64,000 nucleotides of DNA, from NCBI GenBank assembly GCA_965215185.1, contig OZ244034.1, positions 320,001 through 384,000 of the forward strand, written 5' to 3'. Both the position numbers and the translations under genes were made by a program. The stretch comes from Acidimicrobiia bacterium. GTDB lineage: Bacteria > Actinomycetota > Acidimicrobiia > Spongiisociales > ZC4RG35. How positions within the stretch are numbered: the stretch's first letter is position 1; each line of letters opens with the position of its first letter. Shown here piece after piece: positions 51,081 through 59,858 of this stretch. The notes below the pieces were generated by a model. It did not search any database. It was given only the letters and a program-made list of their open reading frames with translations, and had not been told where the DNA came from.

Positions 51081-51321
51081 GATGCTCCTATGTTTTGCAA
51101 ATCGGGTTCTGGTGGGTGAGCCAGTGGTGGTATCGGGTGGCGAGTTGATGGTTGTGGTATAGGCCTCGTTCGAGTTGTGAGAGGCGTGTTGGCTGGGTGT
51201 GGAGGGCTGTGGCGGCGTGAGTGAGCGATGTTTGGGTGTTTTGGCGTAGGCAGCGGAGATGGGCGCCGTTGGGTGTTTGGGGCGGGTTGGTCAACAGTTG
51301 GTAGACCTGGCGGGCAATGTA
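51081..51321 (-). mobile_element. 3' remnant of an HTH-tailed IS110 (type A) plus right end
   Basis: YIARQVYQLLTNPP..LSQLERG..; paralogous to 51338-51689. Confidence 0.8.
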
Positions 51322-51690
51322 GATGCTCCTATGGTTGTCAAATCGAGTTTTGGTGGGGTGTGAGGGCGGTGAGCCATTGGTGGTATTGGGTGGCGAGTTG
51401 GTGGTTGTGGTATAGGCCTCGTTCGAGTTGTGAGATGCGGTTGGGGTGGGTTTGTAGGGCGGTGGCGGCGTGGGTGAGGGTTGTTAGCGCGTTTTTGCGT
51501 AGACAGCGAAGATGGGCGCCGTTGGGGGTTTCGGGTGGGTTGGTGAGCAGGTGGTAGATCTCCCGGGCGATGTGGCGTTTTAGGCAGCGGATGATCTCCC
51601 GGCGGTTTTTGCCTTCTGTTTGTCTTTTTTGGGCGTAGGCGATGGTGGTCTGGTCGTAGCGCATGCGGGTGATGGCGATCCGCCACAGGG
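51322..51690 (-). mobile_element. 3' part of HTH-tailed IS110 (type A), continuing the gene interrupted at 53078
   Basis: LWRIAITRMR..RCLKRHIARE then XRE-like HTH; rejoins in frame with ..RQANNA at 53078. Confidence 0.85.
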
Positions 51691-53077
51691 ATGCTTCTAT
51701 GATTTCCAAATCGAGTTTTTGGGGTCGGGGTGACCAACAGGGCAGCGGCTTGTTTGGCGGGTTTAGGGGGTTCGGGGTGTTGGTGGTGGGTTTTCGAGTA
51801 GTCGGTAGAGGTGGCGGGCGATGTACCGTTTGAGGCAGCGGCGGGTTTCGCGGGTGGTTTTTCCTTGGGCGGTGCGTTTGGCGATGTAGGCCCGGGTTTT
51901 GGGACAGTGTCGGGTGCGGGTGATGGCGATGGTGTGGAGGGCTCGGTTTAGTTGGCGGTCACCGCGTCGGTTTAGTCGGTGGCGGGTTTGTTGTCCTGAG
52001 GAGGCTTGGAGGGGGGCTACGCCGGCCAGGCGAGCGAAGGCGGCTTCGTTGCGGTATCGGCCTGGGTGGGACCAGGCGATGTAGATTTGTGCGGCGGTGA
52101 TGGGGCCTATCCCGGGTTGGTCGAGCAGCTGGGGAGCGACGGTTTCGACCAGTTTGGCGATGGGTGTTTGCAGTTCTGCTATTTCGGTGGTGAGCGTGCG
52201 GATACGCCGGGCTACAGATCGCATGGCCATTTTGGTGGCGGTGTGTTCGTTTCGGGAACCAGGGGTTGGTTGACTCGGTCGGAACTTGTGGCACTTGGTG
52301 ATCAAAGCGGTGGTGGTGAGACTTCGGAGTTGGTCTCTGAGATCGACCGGCGCGGTTACTACCAGGGCTTTGAGCGCGTTATGGCTGCTATCCGGGCGGT
52401 TTGGGCGCCTTGGCGGGTGGTTTCCAGTACTCGGAGGGCTTCTCGGTCTCCCCGAGCGCGGGGTACCGAAGGCCGGCGTCCCAGCGCCTGGCGGGCGGCT
52501 CGTCGAGCGTCCAGCGCGTCGGTTTTGGCGCCGTCGCGGGTCGGGTAGGGATGGTTGAACTCTATTACCCACTCGCCAGCAGCGCCAAGATAGGTGGCGG
52601 CCCCTGTTCCGTAGCTGTCGGCGCCTTCCACCGCCCACGCCCGTTCTGCGGATGTGTGCTGGTTTGCCCACTCCAACATCTGGGCATATCCGCCGCTGGT
52701 TGTCCCAAACCGTGCGGACGCCAACTCTGCGGTGGTGGAAGCGTCCACCACCGACGCGGTTACCCAATCACGATCAGGATCGATCCCGATCACATGGTCT
52801 ACCATTGTGGCCAACATAAGAAAACCTTCTCTTTCTTGTGAAACTGGGCTGTTCGCCTCACGAGGCGCAAACCGTGACGGCAAGACTGTGATGGGTCACA
52901 CCAATTTTGGTGGACAAGCTTCTGATCAGGCCAGCAACGCAAACGCCCAGAAGGCGCAGTGGGCGGTATCGGACATATCCCTATAAAAGACACAACGGTC
53001 ATGGTTGTTGTGGGTCACGACACCGCCTACTGACGCCTATCCTGGCAACCTCTAAGGAGGCTCCCCTAATACTCACA
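51691..53077 (-). mobile_element. Complete IS110 element (type B, element 1); transposase 52817-51763 with one frameshift near 52381
   Basis: GIDPD, VEG, KTDALDA (DEDD), QASSG serine, RLNRRGDRQLNRALH; removing it restores AAC AAC GCC CTG TGG in the host IS110 gene. Confidence 0.9.
52840..53077 (-). ncRNA. Putative bridge RNA of IS110 element 1
   Basis: Non-coding left end conserved with 54985-55214; loops contain segments matching target and donor sequences; RNA ends are approximate. Confidence 0.75.
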
Positions 53078-54092
53078 GCGTTGTTGGCTTGGCGGTCGCC
53101 GCCCCGGTTGAGCCGGTGGCGTATGGTCCGTCCCGACGACGCCTGGACGGGACTGGCGCCGCACAATGCTGCGAAGGACGCTTCCGATTGCATGCGTTCG
53201 GGGTTGTCACCAGCGGTGACCAACAGGGCAGCGGCGGTGTCGGCGCCGACTCTGGAGGCGGCTAACAGCGCCGGGTTGACCTGGGCGCAGAGATGGTTGA
53301 TCTGGGTGGTGAGTTCTTCGATCTCGGCGGTGAGCGCCTGATATCGGCGGGCCAGGGAACGCAGCGCCTTTTTGGCGTAGGTGACGGTGATGGTGGCTGT
53401 TCGGGGACGGAAACCGGCGCAGGCCTTGACGCGGGCTTTGGCCGGCAGTCTCTCTAGCTGGTGTTTGACCTGGTCGGGGGCGGTTACCACCAAAGCGTGC
53501 AGCTGGTTTATGGCCTGGGTGCGGGCTTTGGTCGCCGAACGGCGGGCCACCGAAAGCATCCGTATTGCTTCCACCCGACCGTTGCCGCTTTTGGGCACTG
53601 CGGTGGCCTGTCCGTTGAGAACCGCCCGTGCCGCTCCTTGGGCGTCGGTGGCGTCGGTCTTGCCCAACCGGCGGCGCAGCTGCCGGTTGGGACGGTTCAC
53701 CTCTGTCACCTCGACACCGGCCTCGGTTAGATAACGGGCCAGGCCGGCGCCGTAACTGCCGGTGCCCTCTATACCGACCCGGACCACTCGACCGTGTGAC
53801 CCCAACCAGTCGCCCAGTTGCTGATAACCGGCCGTGTCGGCCACGAAGGAGGCTGTTCCCAGGACCCGACCGGTGCTGTCCACCACCGCCGCCATGTGAA
53901 CATCCCGGTGGGTGTCCACCCCACCGCACACATCTACCTGCTGACCTACTGACATGAACAATCCTCCTTGGATAGAATTCTGGCTAATCACCCAGACCCG
54001 GTGGCGGGTGGACAGATCAAGCCAAAGGCACAACGGCCAGGTTGAGTTTGGGTCAGACCTGCCCCGGCCTAGGGGCCCTTACAAGTATGAGT
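53078..54092 (-). mobile_element. 5' part of IS110 type A (element 3): left end plus transposase from ATG 53955, interrupted by element 1
   Basis: GVDTH, GIEGTGSYG, GKTDATDA, QASSG, RLNRGGDRQANNA; AAGGAGG RBS. Confidence 0.9.
53975..54092 (-). ncRNA. Putative single-loop guide RNA of IS110 element 3
   Basis: Same GACCC-N10-TGRCC..CTTT-N6-AT.TGTCC scaffold; N10 matches the flanking target 9/10. Confidence 0.7.
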
Positions 54093-55214
54093 GGTTGAGT
54101 TGGCGGTCGCCTCGTCGGTTGAGTCGGTGGCGGGTGTGTTGCCCCGAAGACGCTTGGAGAGGGGCTACGCCGGCCAGGCGAGCGAAGGCGGCTTCGTTGC
54201 GGCAGCGGCCTGGGTGGGACCAGGCGATGAGCACTTGGGCGGCGGTGATGGGACCTACCCCGCGCTGGTTCAGCAGTTGCGGAGCTGCGGCTGTGATCAT
54301 TTCGGCGATGGGCGTTTTCAGCTCTGCTATTTCATTGTTGAGGTTGCGGATGCGTCTGGCTGTAGAACGTAGGGCTTGTTTGGTGGCGGTGAGTTCGTTG
54401 ACGGGTGCGGGTGGGATTCGAAACACCGAGCATTTGGCCACCAGAGCAGTTGTGCTCAGACCTCGGAGTTGGTCCCGAAGATCGACCGGAGCGGTTACTA
54501 CCAGGGCTTTTAGCTGGTTGATCGCCGATACTCTGGCCCCTTGGGCGCCCTGGCGGGTGGTTTCCAACACTCGCAAGGCTTCGCGGTCTCCCCTGGCCCG
54601 CGGTACGGATGGCCACGGGCGGCCCAGCACTTGGCGGGCGGCCCGGCGGGCGTCCAGTGCGTCGGGTTTGGCGCCGTCGCGGGTCGGGGCGGGATCGTTG
54701 AACTCTTTCACCAGTTCCCCTCGGGCGATAAGGTAACCGGTCACGCCGGCTCCGTAACTGCCCGAGCCTTCCACCGACCACACTCGACCGGCGGCCTGGG
54801 TGTGCTGGTCGGCCCATTTCAACAACCGGTCATACCCTGACCGGGTGGTTCCGAACACTCCGGATGCTTGTTCTCCGGTAGTGGCGGTGTCAACTACTGA
54901 GGCGGTGACTCGGTCCCGATCAGGATCGATCCCGATCACATGCTTTACCATTGTGGCCAACATAAGAAACCTTCTCTTTCTTGTGCGAACTGGGCTGGTG
55001 CCTCGCAAGGCGCAAACCGTGACGGCAGGACTGTGACGGGTCACACCCTGTGGGTGGACAGGCTTCTGATCAGGCCAGCAACGGAACGCCCAGGGGCGTC
55101 GCGGCGGTGTCGGACATATCAAGTCAAAGAAACAAAGGTCAGAGTGGCCTCGGGTCACGACACCACCGCTGACGCCAATCCTGGCAGCCTCTACAAGGCC
55201 CCCCAATACCCACA
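54093..55214 (-). mobile_element. 5' part of IS110 type B (element 2): left end plus transposase from ATG 54963, interrupted by element 3
   Basis: Close paralog of element 1; reading stops at RGDRQLN where the element 3 left end begins. Confidence 0.9.
54985..55214 (-). ncRNA. Putative bridge RNA of IS110 element 2
   Basis: Scaffold conserved with element 1 but with different target-guide segments that match its own flank 8/10. Confidence 0.75.
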
Positions 55215-56136
55215 GAGCGGCCTGTGACTCCAGCTCCAGCAGGGTTTTTTGGTGTGGTGTGGCGGCAATCTCCCTTGCCGAGCGATTGGCCAGGGCTTGT
55301 GGAAGATCAGCCAGAAGATCCGGCTGCTGGCCGGCTGCCGGTGGGGAATAGCCACCCAACAGCCTTAACACGGTTCCAAGTTCCATGTACTCCCCATCGC
55401 CCAAAGCGATGTTTCTTTCCCCACACAGAGCTACCCCTCCTGCTCCTATGACGCTTAGTTCTCCTTTTCCGAAGTCGATCACCGCCACGGTGTGTTCATC
55501 CACTCCGATTATGCCCAAACCGGCGGGAAGCATGGCTTTCAGCAGTTCAAATCGCCGGCGCCCCATGTAGCACCGGCTCGTGTCGAAGCCCTGGCCCTCG
55601 GTGTTGTTCCAGTGTGGAATGAACACCGCCTCCAGGCCCAGATGGGAGGTGAGGTCCAATCCTTCCAGCCACCCCAGCCCGGAGCCCACTTTGTAGATCT
55701 CGTAGACGGGAAGAGTCTTCACTCCGGCCGTGAGGGCGGCGGCCGACGCCACTGTCACGGTGGCGCCAGTCGAGAGAAGATCTCGCAGCGCCGAGGCCAG
55801 CGGCGTCTCTTTCCACACTCCCAAGGCATAGGTAGGCGATCCCGGTCCGGCGAAGACGTAACGGGCGCGGCGGACGGCGGCCAGCATCTCTTCGCAGGCG
55901 AGGGCGCCCGCTTCGGCAGAGCGGTAGGAGACCACCCCCGCCTCTATGGACAGGCTGGTGGTGAAAAAGGTAGCCAGCTTTTCGGAATTGAGGGTGGCGT
56001 TCTCCTGGAATCCGTAGGGGGTGTCGAGCACCAGCACTTGATGGGCCTTGGCCGCTTCGATCCCCAGCCGATGGGCAGCTAGCAGCCGATTGGAGGTCTC
56101 TCCAGATCCCATGAGAATCAGGCGTCCCGCTCTCAA
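55215..56136 (-). pseudogene. Peptidase S51/class I glutamine amidotransferase-like protein, 3'-truncated by IS110
   Basis: MGSGETS, FAGPGSPTY, ASAAA, IPHWNN, GVDEHT; no natural stop before the IS left end. Confidence 0.7.
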
Positions 56137-56991
56137 AAGGACGACTCCTCGGCCAGTCCCTCAAGCCAACCGGCGGTCAGCCGTGGATATTGGGCATGCA
56201 GGTCATGATGGGCGTCCAGCCAGATAACCCGGCCTCTGGGAAGGAGGTCTACAAAGCGGGAGACGCTTTCTCGCTTGGCGGCTCTCCTGGCAACGGTCTG
56301 GGCAGTAGCCACTACCAAGACCGGGCATCGGAGGTGAGGTGCGATCATGCAGGGCTGGTGCTTCCACATCTCATGTAGCAGTCGAAAATGGTTTTCTCTC
56401 TTCAGGTGTGGACCAGCCGTTCCGTCTGGCGCCACTACGAAGTTGGCTAGTTGTCCCCGTACACCGCTTTCAGGCCAACCCGAGAAGTGTTTCCGAAGTT
56501 TTCGCTCCAGATCGGAGTGGAGGACTCCGTCAAAGGAAGGGGGGGCAAGTTCCCGGGCGGTGGTCTCCCAGTCGGGAAGGGATCTGCTCAAAGTAATGAA
56601 CCCCCCGTCTATGCAGGCAAAGGGCGGCAATGCGACGCCGGTAGCGGTGGGCAAGCTCCAGCACCACGTTCCCTCCCAAGGACTGCCCTGCCGCGATAAC
56701 CGGCAACTCGGGTTGAAATGTTTTCTCGATCACCTCAACCAGATCTTCGGCCAAAGTGGCGAAGTCGAAGGGTCCGTCCACCTTGTCTGACCGTCCGTGG
56801 GAGCGCTGATCCACAGCCACCGAGAAGTAGCCTCTCGCCGCCAGGTACTCGGCGACCCCATCCCATAGGCGTGCGTTGGAGGCCAGTCCATGCACCAGCA
56901 AGAAGGCCATCGGTCGAGAACCCGAGCGGACCACTGTGCTGAGACCAACCCCCTTTTTGGTAATGATGCGCCTCCGCAGGGGCTCTTTCAT
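56133..56991 (-). pseudogene. Alpha/beta hydrolase with a frameshift near 56630
   Basis: LVHGLAS, DQRSHGRS, GQSLGG in one frame; CIDGG..HHDLH in another. Confidence 0.75.
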
Positions 56992-57094
56992 AGGTTGGTT
57001 CCGCCTTTTGTCCCTTCATTCACCCCGGCAACTATGAGTACCAAACATGAGAGAACCATGAGATTTACCCTACCCGGTGGGTGGGGTAAGATAT

Positions 57095-58372
57095 GTGCCT
57101 GTGACAGCCACCATCGTGTTAGGCGCACAGTGGGGCGACGAGGGGAAGGGCCGGGTAACCGATTTTTTCGCGAAGTCCGCTGATTTTGTCGTCCGCTATC
57201 AGGGAGGGAACAATGCCGGCCATACCATCACCATTGGCGACCGCGTCTATGCACTCTCGGTGGTCCCTTCCGGGGTGATGTACCCAGGGTGCGTGCCGGT
57301 GATTGCCTCGGGCTGTGTGCTGGACCCGGTGGTCCTACTGGAAGAATTGGACATGCTTACCCATGAAGGGATCAGCCCCGAGCGCCTCCGCATCTCTTCC
57401 AATGCTCATCTGATCATGCCCTATCACCGGGTGCTGGATGGGATAATGGAGCGTTACCTGGGACGCAACCGAATCGGCACCACCAAACGGGGAATAGGTC
57501 CCGCTTACACCGACAAGTACTCCCGAGTGGGAATCCGCGTTCAGGACCTTTTTGATCCCCGGATCTTCCGGGAGAAAGTGGAAGCGGCCCTGGTAGACAA
57601 GAACAAGATACTCACCCGGGTTTACAACCGTCTTCCCATGGGCCCCGAGGAAATAGCCACCCAGTATCTGGAGATGGCCGAGCGCCTCCTACCCTATGTC
57701 ACCGACACTTCGCTTCTCCTGTGGAATGCGATTGCCGAGGGGCGACAGGTGCTATTCGAAGGCGCCCAGGGGACGCTATTGGATATCGATCACGGCACCT
57801 ATCCCTTTGTCACTTCGTCCAATCCCACGGCTGGGGGAGCGTTGATCGGCGCTGGACTAGGTCCCACAGCGATAGACGCGGTAGTCGGGGTGGCCAAGGC
57901 CTATATCTCCCGGGTGGGCAGCGGGCCGTTTCCTACCGAGTTGTCTGACGGGGTGGGGGATTGGCTGGTGGACCAAGGTCGGGAGTACGGCACGGTAACC
58001 GGCCGCCGGAGACGCTGTGGGTGGCTCGACCTGGTGGCCCTCCGCTACGCGGCCAGGATCAATGGGTTGACTCAGCTGTTCATCACCAAGCTGGATATTC
58101 TCTCCGGTCTGGATACTTTGCGGGTGGCAGTGGGCTATGAGGGTGAGGGACAAAGCTATTCGGAGTTTCCCCGCCAGCAGCGGGTCCTGTACAAGTGCAC
58201 CCCGGTGTATGAAGAGCTTGAAGGGTGGTCGCAAGACATAACCGGGGCAAGACGTTTCGAAGACTTCCCTGCGGCCGCTCGTCGCTATATAAGGTTCATC
58301 GAGGAGGCAGTGGGAGTCCCGGTGGCATGGGTCTCGGTCGGTCCCGAGCGCAGCCAACTGGTCATTCGATAG
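57095..58372 (+). CDS. purA: Adenylosuccinate synthase
   Basis: GAQWGDEGKG, GGNNAGHT, EGAQG, GTYPFVTSS, TVTGRRRRCGW. Confidence 0.97.
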   Translation: MPVTATIVLGAQWGDEGKGRVTDFFAKSADFVVRYQGGNNAGHTITIGDRVYALSVVPSGVMYPGCVPVIASGCVLDPVVLLEELDMLTHEGISPERLRISSNAHLIMPYHRVLDGIMERYLGRNRIGTTKRGIGPAYTDKYSRVGIRVQDLFDPRIFREKVEAALVDKNKILTRVYNRLPMGPEEIATQYLEMAERLLPYVTDTSLLLWNAIAEGRQVLFEGAQGTLLDIDHGTYPFVTSSNPTAGGALIGAGLGPTAIDAVVGVAKAYISRVGSGPFPTELSDGVGDWLVDQGREYGTVTGRRRRCGWLDLVALRYAARINGLTQLFITKLDILSGLDTLRVAVGYEGEGQSYSEFPRQQRVLYKCTPVYEELEGWSQDITGARRFEDFPAAARRYIRFIEEAVGVPVAWVSVGPERSQLVIR

Positions 58373-58392
58373 TTCTGATCGAAAGAGCCTTT

Positions 58393-59571
58393 TTAGAGGT
58401 GACGGGAGAGGGGTGAAGCAAGGTCGCCATTGGGAGACACAGTTACTTTCTTCGCACCAAGCCATTGCGCCATCTCAGAGAGTTCTTCGGCCAGATTCCG
58501 GCCCACCCTGTCCACGTCAATGTCGACCTCGCCAAAACTGCCCAACACCCGCAGGCACCTGGCCTTCCGATCCAGCTTGAGGTCCACGCGGGCGACCATT
58601 CTGTCTTCGAGCAGGAAGGGCAGCACGTAGTAGCCGTGAATCCGCTTAGGGCGAGGAACGTAGATCTCAATCCGGTACCGGAAGTCGAACAGCCTTTCCA
58701 GCCTCGGTCGGAACCAGACCAGGGGATCGAAGGGGGAAAGAAGCGCCCGTCCCTCCACCCGGCGGGGACAAACGGCATCCGGATCCAGATAGGCCGGCTC
58801 CGACCAGCCCTCCACCTCCATCTCCCGGATCTCACCGGAGGCGACCAGGTCAGCGAGGGCGGCGCGGGCTGGCGAAATTCCTATGCGGTAGTAGTCGGCG
58901 AGATCGGCGGCGGTTCCCACGCCGCATTGCGCAATCGCCAGCCGCAGTAGCCGACGGTGGGCCTCCGGCGCCTCGGTCGGCGGCTGGGCCATCGCCCCCG
59001 GGGAATGGACCCGCTCGGGAAGGTCATACCATCGGATGAAACGTTGCCGGTCAGCGACGGTGACCGCGCCTCTCCAGAACAGCCACTCCAAAGCGCGCTT
59101 TCCCACCGAATGTCCCCACCACGATCCGCCGGATTCCCCCGGTTCGCTCAGGTCGGCAGAGCGCAGTGGCCCCTTTGCCATCACCTCCCGGTACACCTGC
59201 TGCACATACTCTGGGTTGTCGTAGTTGACAGACTCGATCCATCCCCGCAGCGGTTGGCGCATGCGGTGGACGAAGAGGGGACGATGGGCGATCGGGATCA
59301 GGGATCGTTCGTGCCCCCAGTACTCGAACAGTTCCCGCGATGTCCACAGCCATTGATCGAGACGATGGCGGGGATAGGAGCCCAGCCTCGAAAAGAACGG
59401 GAGGTAGTGGGCTCTGGCCAGCACATTCACTGAATCCAGTTGGATGAGGCCGGTGCTTCGGACGACCTTACGATAGTGGCGCACATCCAACTTTCCGGAC
59501 GGTCGCATGGCCCCCAGTCCGGCTGCGGATATGGCTAACCGGCGGGCCTGGGGGGTGGTGAGTCGAGTCAT
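58393..59571 (-). CDS. YcaQ/AlkZ-family (HTH_42) crosslink-repair DNA glycosylase
   Basis: IQLDSVNV (QxD), LFEYWGHE, LLSPFDP, YRIEIY, GYYVLP. Confidence 0.88.
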   Translation of the reverse strand: MTRLTTPQARRLAISAAGLGAMRPSGKLDVRHYRKVVRSTGLIQLDSVNVLARAHYLPFFSRLGSYPRHRLDQWLWTSRELFEYWGHERSLIPIAHRPLFVHRMRQPLRGWIESVNYDNPEYVQQVYREVMAKGPLRSADLSEPGESGGSWWGHSVGKRALEWLFWRGAVTVADRQRFIRWYDLPERVHSPGAMAQPPTEAPEAHRRLLRLAIAQCGVGTAADLADYYRIGISPARAALADLVASGEIREMEVEGWSEPAYLDPDAVCPRRVEGRALLSPFDPLVWFRPRLERLFDFRYRIEIYVPRPKRIHGYYVLPFLLEDRMVARVDLKLDRKARCLRVLGSFGEVDIDVDRVGRNLAEELSEMAQWLGAKKVTVSPNGDLASPLSRHL

Positions 59572-59858
59572 GGTTCCAATAGGAGGAGGCCATTTGCGCC
59601 GCCGGTGGAAAGAGTCGACGAATCCATTCAAAGGGAGCCTATATGGGCCGACATTCGAGCAAGGACAGCCCGATCCCCGCAGTGGCTCTTAGGCCAATAG
59701 CTATCTGCGGTGTGGAGTGCCCGGGTTCGGGCGCTACCAGGGTTCCGGACAGCGGAACATGGGGACGATCGTTTACCCATGCAAGCACTTCTGGCAGTGG
59801 TGTTTCCATAGACTGAGTGTTGAAGTCTTGTTTTTCCCGTGCATCTGGAGGTGCAACG

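Larger units (their letters stand above)
50961..51712 (-). repeat. Five IS110 right-end motifs
   Basis: 23-nt motif GATGCTYCTATG-N5-CAAATC at 50961, 50984, 51081, 51322, 51690, each abutting fragments of IS110 3' ends. Confidence 0.85.

Noticed and set aside
50961-51712. CRISPR-like or integron-like array from the recurring 23-nt motif
   Set aside because: Spacing is irregular and the intervening DNA is IS110 coding tails; the motif is an element right end
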